Source of the DNA: Paraphysomonas bandaiensis
Lineage: Eukaryota; Protista; Chrysophyceae
Assembly: GCA_965644295.1 (NCBI GenBank)
Contig: CBFFRP010000141.1
Location: forward strand, 62,001-126,000
Length of the DNA: 64,000 nucleotides
Direction of reading: 5' to 3'
Below the pieces are notes generated by a model, which had not been told where the DNA came from, ran no database searches, and was given only the letters and a program-made list of their open reading frames with translations. The translations under genes and the position numbers were made by a program. Shown here in pieces: positions 36,643-48,950 of this stretch. How positions within the stretch are numbered: position 1 is the stretch's first letter; every line of letters starts with the position of its first letter.

Positions 36643-39600
36643 TTACTCCACGTGTGTGTTATAAGGACGCTGACGTATATCCCTCCCGGTACCAAATAGT
36701 TGGTTTCGCGAATGCATATACTCTGCGTTACCTTTCGGGCGACGGTCATATCCCATTAGTGGTACAGTGGTGGGTTTACGAATACTGCGAGGTATCAAGT
36801 GTCCATAACTAGGTCCTACGTCAACAAACTGCTTGCCGCCATGCATTCCAACACTGGGAATTGTTGCCTGTGGTCTTGATCCAGGTGACGATCTCATCTC
36901 ATATTGGCTCGACTTCAATGATGGTTTTACAGGACCGCTACGTCTGGAATTGGTTATTCGCGCTACATCAGAGGGACAAATTCCTTTCGGATTTTCTTCG
37001 CGCAGAGCCCCGATCTCGTTGCGAGTGCGATGTAGGTTATCAGCTAGCCTACTGGAGAGCTGCTGCTGTACCTGATAGGCATCACATAGAGCAACTGAAA
37101 AAATATTCACCAACCTTTAACGATTCTTCAAATTCTATGTGCCTCTTACCACCTTCCTTCTCCTTCTCCTGATCCTCGTCTCTACATCGCACAGGCTTCG
37201 ACATAATACTTGTTCTATTTCGTTCTGAACGGCGCTCCAGATAACTATATAAGATTTTTTATGCAACTATTTCAGAGTAACGCCACACTGTACCTCTCAA
37301 TCTGACTCTTTGCCGCCTCTCGCAGCATCTGAACTTTTCGTAGCAGAGGGTCGTCAGAGAACTCACCTTCTTCGGTACATTCAATTTCCACAGCGCCTTG
37401 TGGAGATGCGGTCGCTGTGTCATAATTCCCTTCCTTCTCAGCTACAACTGCAGGAGGTGTTGTTGGGCTATTGCGATTCGCTTCCGCGTCCTCGATGTTA
37501 TTCTCACAGCGCACTCCATCAGGGAGTGACTGTGGCAACTCCACCTTCACTGCTTTATCCGTTTCTATTCCCTCTCCCGCCGGCAAGTGCTCATATCCAT
37601 CCACCATATCTCCCACCGCCTACCACATTATGTGCAAACGGAATTAGCTATACTCTGTAAGGTACCTTCTCACCTTTGCATGGGCGGCCCTCAGATCTTT
37701 AACTTCGGACTGAAGTAGACGACACTTCTCCACCGCTGAATTACGTTGTTTCTCAAGGAGCTTTATGAGCCGCTGCTGGGCCAGAACTGGTAAAGTATCC
37801 CGTTAGTGACCGGCACTGAGTAATGCAAGTTTACCAGTGCTGAGAGCTTCACGCTCCGCGGTGGCCTTGGCATTATCAATCGACTGTATCAAGGCATCTT
37901 TCTCAGCTACATAGCTTAAGGTCACTCATATGTATGGATAGTGGTTGATATCTACCCACCCGTGAGGGCATTAATTTCCGCGTCTTTCTCAGCAAGAAAA
38001 GAAGCCATCCGTCTGCATCGTTCCCGTTCCTCCTCCACATGTATCGCAGCCTCTGACAGTTGCACACGCAGAGCGGTCACTTCAGCTACCCACACCTCCT
38101 CGTTACGTCGAACCATATTAGCATCCGCCTCATGTTGCTCTCGTCTTGCACGCGTTTCTGCCTCTAGGATACGGATACGGTGATGCATCCACTCCGCCTC
38201 AGGGACAGTTTCCCCTACATTCCGCGCAGGGCATACAGCTGACACCAAACGTCGCTTCTGATCCTCGCCAACAGCATGCAAATTCTGTGTTTCCTGCAAC
38301 CAGTTTCACGCCATACATATATTCATACAATCCAAACCTTGTCTTTCATCCCCCGAGGTCCTATAAATGTTGACTCTTTGCAGGTGGGGCCCGCGGATAT
38401 TGATTTAGCACCTCCGCCATGAGTTCTTGGTGGCACGGAGGTGGTCACGACATCTTCCCCCTTCGCACTTAAAGGTGACGCGATTGGAACCTGCATCACA
38501 TCTATGCTACTGGAGTCTGATCTCATATTTTGTACAGAGTCCTCCATACTCTTATTTTGCACAAGATCGGCGGTTTGCGCTTCCATAGAGTCATTTTTTC
38601 TTTCATGCGCAGTACCTGCAATCTTATTTTGCAGAATATCATCGTTTAGTTCTTGCAAAGAGTTTGAACTTTTTCCTTGTACATGACTGGCGCTATTTTC
38701 ATGAGCAGAATATGCGCTATCTTCATTAGCAGAATATACACTATTTTCCGGTGGAGGGCAAATACCTTGCACATCATCCCCCGATCCGCTTCCCCATTCC
38801 CCACTCTCTCTAACACGTACTACTCTAGACCGCTTCATGCTCACGGTGGCTGACGAGGCGGAGATAGCAGGAGCCTCTTCAGTCACAATGGAACATTCAC
38901 TAAAGCTCTCTAGAGCATCATCATCGCCAACACTACCATCGCAGCGAGCAGAGTGTTCCTGTGCATCACGATCAGGAGGTCTTGGAGCCGCTGCCCTCCA
39001 CCCTGACGAGGCCGATGATGGGACGTGGGGAGATGACTTTGGCGGGGGCGATTCCACACCGTGCCCCAAATCTGATGCATCAGGAATGTCACCCTCCACT
39101 TCTTGCGTTCCCCGACTATCAGTCCGGGGCTCGAAAGATATGAGGTCACTTCCGCTGTCGACACTGCTGAAGTCTGCCAGCTGCACAGCAGTACTGTTTC
39201 GATCCCCGTGGATACTAGAGACTTCATGGGATCCCGATAAGAACCCCACCTCATCGCCCCGGTCTCCATCTGCTGAGTCTGTGGACGAAGAGACATGCTG
39301 AAAGGCGGATGCTGCGTCGCGAAGGCTGCACTCCATATCCGCAGCAGAGGGAGGGACAGCATCGGTAGGGTCCGGGGAACCACATCGAACGTTGCTCTCA
39401 GGGGGAGGACTCGGTACTCTCTGAGATACCGGCACCCCCATCGGTTTTACCCTGTAGTCATCAGGAAGTATGTCTTCATAATCCCGAAGACAGGTGGTCA
39501 CAGCCCCAATATCCTCGAACAAAACAACAGCGAACTTCTCCTTCCATCCCACCTACAGAGCAAATCAACACTATACAAAACTAAAAGGAAGAAATAACGT

Positions 39601-40307
39601 ACATTAGATATGCCACCAAAGATAGAGAGAGCACTAGTAAGCTCCTCGTGATTAAGGACCCTATCTCCCTCACTCGTAGGGAAAATCACCTTCACAGACC
39701 GATCCTGCACCGAGGCAATAGCAGTATGCTCATCATCTGCCGCAAAAGCAAACAATGACTCATAGTTGAGCATTATTCTTGTAAACACCCTTTGCCTAAG
39801 AGCTTCATCAGCAATGCCTGCGTCATGACTCGAAGCGACATCTATGAAAGCAGTATCTAACGCAGATGTTACATCCGTAACAGTTGAACCCCAGTCCTTT
39901 AAATTCCTGCAGAGGTGGCGAAAAAAAGAGACACAAAACTGTCTGGTGTGCTGCGGCAACTCCTGCAAAATAAGTTTCACATCCGCATCAGGAAGTAATA
40001 GTTTTGAACTTTTGTCATAAGTAAATATCGGAGAATATTTATGAAGGACGGCCGATATGGCGTTAGCGACTACTTGAGGACGTGGCTCTGAAGACAAAAA
40101 CTCCGCCGTCATGCGTGAGTCAGAAATGCGCTTCGCCGCACTTTCAACATCCGCTATATCTTTGCAAGCAGAATATATGTTATGGGCGGTCGGGTGGTTG
40201 TCGAGGTAGTCACAGCACAGTATGATCGACCCCAGCACATCTTCAGGTATATCCGGCTTAAGAGGGCGCCTCTTAAACGATCCCAGCACAGAGAGGATTC
40301 CCTTCAT
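36643..40307 (-). CDS. Large multi-exon protein: N-terminal RhoGAP-like helical domain, RRM-like segment, disordered linker and coiled coils
   Basis: Chain of ORFs 39498..40307, 38323..39552, 37952..38299, 37272..37616 and 36643..37113 with GT-AG junctions. The helix pattern IILCCDYL / PQVVANAI / PIFTY / LQELPQHTR / FFRHL resembles RhoGAP. Confidence 0.6.
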
Positions 40308-40472
40308 ACACTTCTTTCACACTTTCGAATCAGGACATATGACGATGGATATGTGGCCTATAATAAGTGATATAAATATTGATATGTACATACTCTGTAC
40401 AGTCGCAATAATTTAAAAATGCTATATAGTATATACCTACCTATATACAGTGTACTTACCTACATACGTACA

Positions 40473-40898
40473 CATACATACATACATACATACATACATA
40501 CATACATACATACATACATACATACATACATACATACATACATACATACATACATACATACATACATACATACATACATACATACATACATACATACATA
40601 CATACATACATACATACATACATACATACATACATACATACATACATACATACATACATACATACATACATACATACATACATACATACATACATACATA
40701 CATACATACATACATACATACATACATACATACATACATACATACATACATACATACATACATACATACATACATACATACATACATACATACATACATA
40801 CATACATACATACATACATACATACATACATACATACATACATACATACATACATACATACATACATACATACATACATACATACATACATACATACA

Positions 40899-40928
<30 letters not shown>
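40473..40928. repeat. (ATAC)n microsatellite, ~114 units, in a bidirectional promoter
   Basis: Pure array between divergent ATGs at 40307 (-) and 41179 (+). Confidence 0.98.
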
Positions 40929-40929
<1 letters not shown>

Positions 40930-41178
40930 TGTGAAACTAAAAACCGTTTCATGTTGGTATGGTCAGTCACTGCTGTAGTATGTGTAGATACGCAGTGTGT
41001 ATATAACCGCCCGTGAGGGGAATAATTTGCTTGTTGGTGCCTGTAGCCACTGTGCACAGTGTTTAGTCATTCGCCACTGCTCAAGTAACAGTCTGGTGTT
41101 GTGTATTATACATTGTGTATGACTTCATCTCGTTTTCGTGGTTGACTGTAGTTTTATTCTGTTGAATAACAATCTCTC

Positions 41179-42258
41179 ATGGGCGCTTGTAGCTCTTCTC
41201 CTGAAGTTGCCGAACAAATAAAGATCAGCAGACAGCTTGATGCTGGCTTGGCCGCAGAAGCCAAGGCTGATAAAAAGAAGATTAAACTATTATTTTTAGG
41301 TGCCGGGGAGTCTGGTAAAAGTACCATATTCAAACAAATGAAAGTTATATACGGTAAACAGTTTTCAGCTTCTGAGAGACGGCAAAATCTTCCTACAATA
41401 TATACGAATGTGATTGAAAACATGCATATACTAATAAGGTTTGCACGTCGAGTGGAACTCATAGATGCTATTGAAGCCAAGGATAGTTTAGCTCTGATAG
41501 AAAAACTTGATATCTATGAAGGGATTACAGAGGAAGCAGGAACTGCCATTCGAAATGTGTGGCTTGATCCTGGAATGCAAAAAGTTTGGGCCCGACGAAA
41601 TGAAACGCAAGTCAGCGAGTCTGTTCAGTACTTTTTCAATAAAATTGACCTTTTAAAAAGGCCAGGTTACCTTCCTGACAAAGATGATATGCTGTACTGC
41701 CGCTATCGGACATCAGGGATTGTCACTGAACAGTATGCAATTGATGGCACAACATTCGAAATGTTTGATGTTGGTGGTCAGCGAAATGAGAGACGAAAAT
41801 GGATTCACTGCTTTGAAAATGTGACCGGAGTTATATTTGTTGCGGCATTGTCGGAATACAATCAGGTCTTGTACGAGGATAACACAGTGAATCGCATGGA
41901 CGAAGCCATTGACCTTTTCGAAGAGATATGCAATAACACTTACTTTTCTCGATCGTCAATAATGATTTTTCTGAATAAGCGTGACCTCTTTCAAGAGAAA
42001 ATTAAAACGTATGACATTGTTGATTGGTTCCCGGCGTATAAAGGTGAAAAGAATGACTATGATGCTGGTGTAAAATTCTTTCTTGCGAAATTTTTGGCTC
42101 GAAACAAGTCTAGCACGACCCGTCAGATTTACCATCATGTGACTTGTGCAACTGACACTAGAAATATACAAGTGGTTTTCAACGCTTGTAAAGATATTAT
42201 CATGCGGGACAACTTAAGAAATAGCGGGCTGTTGTCTGATGATGCTATGATGTTGTAG
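41179..42258 (+). CDS. Heterotrimeric G-protein alpha subunit, intronless
   Basis: MGAC acylation motif, GAGESGKST, RYRTSGI, DVGGQRNERRKW, FLNKRD and TCAT. Confidence 0.97.
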   Translation: MGACSSSPEVAEQIKISRQLDAGLAAEAKADKKKIKLLFLGAGESGKSTIFKQMKVIYGKQFSASERRQNLPTIYTNVIENMHILIRFARRVELIDAIEAKDSLALIEKLDIYEGITEEAGTAIRNVWLDPGMQKVWARRNETQVSESVQYFFNKIDLLKRPGYLPDKDDMLYCRYRTSGIVTEQYAIDGTTFEMFDVGGQRNERRKWIHCFENVTGVIFVAALSEYNQVLYEDNTVNRMDEAIDLFEEICNNTYFSRSSIMIFLNKRDLFQEKIKTYDIVDWFPAYKGEKNDYDAGVKFFLAKFLARNKSSTTRQIYHHVTCATDTRNIQVVFNACKDIIMRDNLRNSGLLSDDAMML

Positions 42259-42779
42259 TCCCTGTCACGGTCTGGATGCTCGTATTTACGATAAGTAAAG
42301 GCATAATACACTACCTTCCATAGTATATTTATTGTGGTACTCAGTATTAGCATCTATGTAAATTGAGATAGTTTTGTTTTTGATAATACATGGTGTAGTA
42401 GTGAGTACATGTGATAATGAATCTGATGTCATCGCGGAGTCAATAGTCGAAATATATAAGTAGTCTGTCAGAAAATATTTGAGTGCTTAGAAGGACGCGA
42501 TATAATATTAAGTAAGATATGAATAACTTAAGACTGTGCTTATCCCTAGTGCCATTTTCATTCGTAAAAGTTGAGCATGTGTTTATTGACTTTTGCTCAT
42601 TTTTTCAATTAGGTCGTTGAAGAAAAGCTACGTAGCTAGGTAGAGATTATTATTACTTTTGCTTCTCTTGTATTGTCATGATATTACATTTCTATGGCTC
42701 TATAGTATTTTGATTTTGTATTGAAGTATTTTCACAATGTATTTAACGAATAATGCAGTCTATCTTAGGGAAACATACG

Positions 42780-45580
42780 TATTCCAACAGTGTTGAAGAG
42801 AAGGATATCGCGTTTATGGTACATGTGTCGCCACTGTTTGATCACATCGCCATTGATGAGTTACCCGTAGAGATAATCGTCTTCCGATCAAATATCGATG
42901 TCCTCTTTTTCTCAAACGTCTGAAGCGTTTTGTGAGTTGACACAATTCTGTCTCGAATCTCCGCATCTCCAATCATCCTAGTATTAATTTAGATATATTC
43001 GAATCGCGTGAGAAGAATTATTGAACAAAATGACAATCATTCACATACTGTTCACAGCAACTACAATTCGACGGCAGTGGTATTTCTAAACCTGAATATA
43101 TTGAATTTTAGTAGAGCCGTGATTATGTGACCCCCAGAGACAGGACCTCCTTGGATAGTAAAGCCTGCGATGTACATCTTGGCATCCTCCACTGTGTACT
43201 AACAGCACATATCCGAGTCAAAACTTAGCAATCGAATGAACACAGAAAGTAAAATACACTATGTAGCTCAATATGGTTCCGTGAATGAATATATACCGTT
43301 GTTTGAAGAACAGTGCACGCCAATCTTCGCTTCTCTACATACGACAGAAACTCTCTTCTCTATAGTAAACAAGGAAGACATAATTTTTTTCAAAAACATT
43401 AAAAAATGTGGAAAACCTTTTCCTTGACTAGTTGAAACAACGAGTTCTCCTTTATCGCATAAGGAGCTAAATGAAGCCTCACGTATGGATCAGACACAAT
43501 ATCCTCCTCGTCGGACTCAACATCGAGAGGACTGTCAATCTTCACGCTCGACTTCTCATCATGTTTCTGTGCAACGCAATGAGTAGTGCGACTCCGTGAC
43601 ATGTATATCTATACAAGTTACGACTCGGAATCATATTAGGGTCACACCTTTAACAAAGCTTTCATCTTGGAGTTTGTGTACTTCCACCTCGTTATTCTAT
43701 CTCGAATGCCTCTCCTATATACACACCTCTTAGACTTCAAGCTCGTCGATAGTTTAAAATCACACAAGTATAGCATACTAACCTGACCGGTAGTGGGACC
43801 GTGTCACACATATCAAGAGCGCGTTCGAGATTTTTATCGTCTTTTTCTTTTCGAATTTTAACCAACTTTTTCTGTGAAAATGTACTTCAATTAGCCTAAT
43901 TAGACAAGGTATATTTACAACTCCTCTTGAAAAGCAGTGGCAGTAAAGAGAAATAGCTTATGTTAGACAGAGTGTAGAAAGTATATATATTGTATGGCTT
44001 TGTCCTAACAACATGCAACACCTTCACATATTTAAATTCTTCTCTGTCCCAAACTATGGCGAGCATTCTAATTCGCGCCTTTCTCGTCAATATAAACGAA
44101 CGTACGGCACGTTGGATTATATTAACTTTAACAATGTAGTTGTGAGCACTCTTCTTTACCTACGTGCATAAATAAAACGCAATTCGCTTTCATGCAACTT
44201 CGAGATAAATTTATGTACGACGTTGGGATGGCATGCGCTTTACTAACTGACAGCATTTCGGTGAAGTGTACGTACTGTAAATATGTAGAATGTCATACAG
44301 GACTTACCTTTGGACAGGAGCGTAGCTCACGCATCCACGTCTTTACAATTCGCACTGCCATTCGTTTCCGTACTATCGAAACAGCCATTTGTAAACGCCA
44401 TTTATACTTTTCAGCAGTCTGAGCACAAAAAACATGTGAGCGAACATAGTAGCTCCAGCAATTACCATTTAGTAACATATGATATCATACTCATTTAAAC
44501 TCAACTCTTTACTAGAATGTTTGTTGAAACAGATTTCTAGTACTGCGTCACGAATACCAATATATATACTGCACAGTTACTGCACACTAGATATTTTATT
44601 CACCATACAGCTAGCTTCCAAGTATATACGATTGTGTTTACCTCTAAAAACCTAATGTATTTTTCTTTGAATTCTTCACGCCTATAAAGATCATGTTCTG
44701 ATTTAATGTCCATTTTGGTATCACTCAAACTACATCCTGGAATCTTGTTTGCTGCATCCAACCTTCGTTGCACTTTCAATTTAGTTGCTATAAAATATAA
44801 AAAAGTCGTTGCATGTACTACAGTGAGCGCAGTAGACTGTCGCTGCTGGAGTTCAATTCTCGCTGTCACGGAAGCGATTCGCTCCTGTCTCTGCTGCAGT
44901 CGGGTATCGACTTTAGAGCGAATTTCACTTAGAGCCTTCACATGATAGTCCTTCGCATAGAGCTGCTTGCGTATCCGATAATCTGCCTCAGCAATTATAA
45001 CATCTTCTGGCTTATGACATGGCATCACCCACAAATTGTTCATTGGTTTAAAACATTCTTGGTCACTCTGATTGGCATTGTCTGGTAAATGGGTAGGAAA
45101 AGAAATGCGGTGAGTTGGTGACGGAGAGCGTGATGCTGGTGAACTATGAGCATGCTCATGGATAATAGAACTTTCGAGGCGTTTAATTTTCTCTTTTAGA
45201 GGCAACTTGACAGAACGTATACGTGGATTGTGTTGATTTCGTGTCGTGAGAGTTTGAGAGAATGGATGTGGACATCTCTCAGATGTAAGAACGAATACAT
45301 CAGCAGATTGGGAAATAGTCATACGGGGTAGGTGTATGTGGCCTGTTGACGACAGTGATTTACATTTAATCGGTGTGGCCTTTTTTCTTCGTTGTGGTAA
45401 ACTACAGTCCTGCTGTGAACCTGAAGCTGACAGGTGGTGTTTGTTCTTACTCCGCTGAGAGGATATGCTCGTAGCAGGAGCAGCAGTTCGAGGTCGAGAT
45501 ATCACGTGACTGCAGATAGAATGGTTAAGGGGCCCCACACCAGCCGACTGTGGTCTGATGCTACACGTGGAGGGAGACAT
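42780..45580 (-). CDS. Hypothetical multi-exon basic protein; 3' end approximate
   Basis: 326-aa first ORF followed by short coding-like exons (44293..44478, 43896..44090, 43399..43602) with splice sites. No recognisable domain. Confidence 0.5.
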
Positions 45581-47224
45581 GTGTCGCTGGGTCTACCTCT
45601 GCAGATATCTATATGCTGCTTACGACATGGCATCTATAGGCGCAGGTACACACATATATGTACAGGCTACCATCAGCGGAGCTGTCAAATAGAACCACAG
45701 GACTTTATTTCACGGTTTAGTTTCGCTATTGGAGATAACAGCCAGTTGAAGGGGAATGACGGAGACAGCCAGCAGGTGGACACACAGCTCATACATACAT
45801 ACATACATACATACGTCTGCTGTACAGCCAGCATACAGTGACAGCAGCAGTCGTACATGATGATGTCCAGCAGCAGGTGATCGCACGGCAGGGTAGTGGG
45901 GCTTCCCGCTGCTGTAGTCTGCACTGTAGTCTGCTCTTCACTTGGACACTCTTTGTCCTCGTGTGCCCGTATGCCGCATGAGATACGTACCGCATGTACT
46001 ACACAGCAGTACATACATGGAGGTAGGCACCAGAATAGTGTAAGCAATTCTTTCAGCTGAGAGGACATTCACCTCTGCCGCCTCATACAAACACAAGAGA
46101 GGATCCAGACTCCTTCCAGCCCTTATATGACAAGTGGCTGCGAGAGGATGTTATCAAGTTACAGCAATACTATGCTGTGCAATTTGGTCATGATCTCTCC
46201 TATGCACACATCTTCTACTAAAAAATATTGGAACTATGAAGAGTTCTGGGTTACTATATCTAACAGGTTTAAGCAGATTAAGGCTTTCAGAAAAATGCAA
46301 AGCTGCAAGAAACAAACGCGTTGGTTTAACCGTGTATGGTCGAAAACAGAATATAACCTGCAACTTTCTTTAGCAAGTATATGAATTCGTATTGACGTTG
46401 AAAAGCCGTGTCAAGCTACGCCGTGTTGTGTGTAATTGGTATCTGTATGTTGTATGTCAATAAGTATTTTAATGTATGCTTAAATGGTAATAGAATATTA
46501 AATCGTCGCAGTAGACAGTAGACAATATTTGCAATTTGCAACCAATACTGGTATTACAGTCAGCACGTGTATCTTGCGTATAATATACTGAAGATATATT
46601 TGTGTGTACTGAGTATTCTATCCTCGATTTGTGTGATCCCCCAATACCCAAAGGTTTGCCTACCTTCTCTCTTTCCCCGTTTAAGATTACTGTATTATGT
46701 ATTACTAATAGGTAGAATGGTATGACTGGACAGGTGTACATTTGTGGTTTGCGTCGTATAGACATTTGAATGATGATGAGTCAAAAATTATCAATCTAAT
46801 GTTTGTGCCCATTCTATATAGGCAATAGCTAGGATACTAAATTGATAAAGCAGTTGTATACCAAAAGAGGATCTATATTAACTTTCGCCAAACCCCTGTT
46901 CTTGTATACAATACAGAGTTGTGACAAATAAAATCATATTGTTCAGTCGCAGCCATAATAATGATTACTGAGAAAGAAGCCATGCGTATGACTTTAAGTT
47001 TCCATTGCGGAAAAAACAGTTATAAGAACTACAGATTACAATACTGAAGAATGAATTCGCGCACTACGAGAATCATTTTTCAAAAGATCTGTGGCGGCTT
47101 CCAGGTATGATATATACATGACGTTGATACAAGAAAATGCAACAGTAAAGAGTAGACTACGAAGTAGTATGTCGATCATCTCAACATAAGACCACAAATA
47201 AGAAAACCAAAACCCACGGAAAAC

Positions 47225-48543
47225 TCAAACGTTTTTCTTCGTTCGAATACGCTTTGATCTTCGTTCACCAACAACTTTCTCAACCTTTATTACTTTCATT
47301 GTATCATCTTCTTCCTTCACTTTCGTGACTGATTCGGCTTTTAAAACGACTTTGCCTCGAACGCCATTTTTTCTTTTTTTCCCTCTCCCCTTGTTGCTAA
47401 CCTCGCCGTCAGCAGTGCTTCCCAGATATGTATTTGTTGCGGCAGCCACACATGTATATTCACTAAACGTTTTGACAGGTGAGCAAGCCGTAAGTGAAGG
47501 GTCTTTGTGTAACTCTGCTATTCTATCGGAGTAGTACACGATACCCTTTGCTCGCTTTTGTGTAGGAAAGTGATCAAAAGAAGATGGAACTGGCTTGGAA
47601 GTGTGAACCCAGGAGCAAATTGGACATTGGCTAGCCTGGCAAATCTATCAAATTCATACACAAGAATCGTATATATAAGTAAGCAACTATAATGTACCAC
47701 AAACTAACTGCAATGGATCATTACCGTATGACTAACTGCAGTGCAATACTCTCTGCCAAAATATATCATCTGGAGGTGAATCTGTGATATCATCAGAGGC
47801 ATCGACAAGAAATTATATTGTGATATATACGGTGTTTATACAGTCGTAGTTACTGAAAAAACAGATATAACACTCACATTATTCCAGTCAGATCTATCAA
47901 ACAAGGCGCATAGATCCTGCTGTACTTTATCTACATTCTTCTCGTGCTTCGATAGACCCCAACGAAGAGCTAACCTGTGTACATGAGTGTCCACAGCAAT
48001 TGCAGGCTCACCAAATGCCTGTATATTAATACAAAGGTAAATTTGAGCCTCTACAACAATCATCAGCGCGGTACGGGAGTGTACCTGAGACATGATAACA
48101 GAGGCGGTCTTATGACCCACCCCAGGCAAAGACTCTAAATCTCTATAGTTGGACGGTATCTCACCATTAAAATCGTCAAGAATCTTTTTGGATAGACTAA
48201 CTAAGTACTGAGCCTTTTTGGGGGCCAGACCAACTGGGCTGATTATTCGCTGTACTTCTTCCACAGGCATCGCGCTGAGTAATTGCGGAGTAGGTGCTCG
48301 AGAAAACAATACTTTCGTACAATCATTAACTGAAAGAATATCGATTACAGCCAAACGTGTGCAACTAAGAAACGCAAGCAGAATAAACGCCGCCACACTA
48401 CACTTACCTTTTCCATCAGTCGTCTGAGCTGATAAAACGACAGCTACTAAGAAAGTGAACTTGTCGGTGTGGTTGAGAGGGACTGGAGGATCAGGGTAAA
48501 GGACATTCAGCACATTCTTTATATCATTCACTCGCAGACGCAT
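47225..48543 (-). CDS. nth: Endonuclease III / HhH-GPD DNA glycosylase, multi-exon
   Basis: LVAVVLSAQTTD, HhH LPGVGHKTA, AVDTHVHRL, and FGREYC...CPIC 4Fe-4S ligands. Basic C-terminal tail. Confidence 0.92.
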
Positions 48544-48950
48544 AGTGTTGAGTTATTAGTATCGCGTGTTGTCGAGACTCTGAGTGGGCGCATATACGCT
48601 AATGATTGTGAAATGGCTGCATGTCTGAGAGCTGAGAGTGAGACAGCAGACAGCACACTCCTACTCATACTCTAGTACTGCTGTACCTGTCACTCAACAC
48701 ACCTACAGCAGTACAAACGGTATAGCGGTATACGGCATATACGGTACGGTATGGACTCTGCTCTTGAAAGCAGCATACAAACGTTACTGTTGATGAATAC
48801 ACTGGCCGGCAGGCACTGTACACATACATGCATGTCTCCATGCACTACTCATACACAGCAGCTCACCTGCTTATGTGGCCTTAAGGAGCATCTTTTGCTA
48901 TTACTTCATACCCTATCGTGCTCCATGTTCCCACTTATCAGTGCTGCTGC

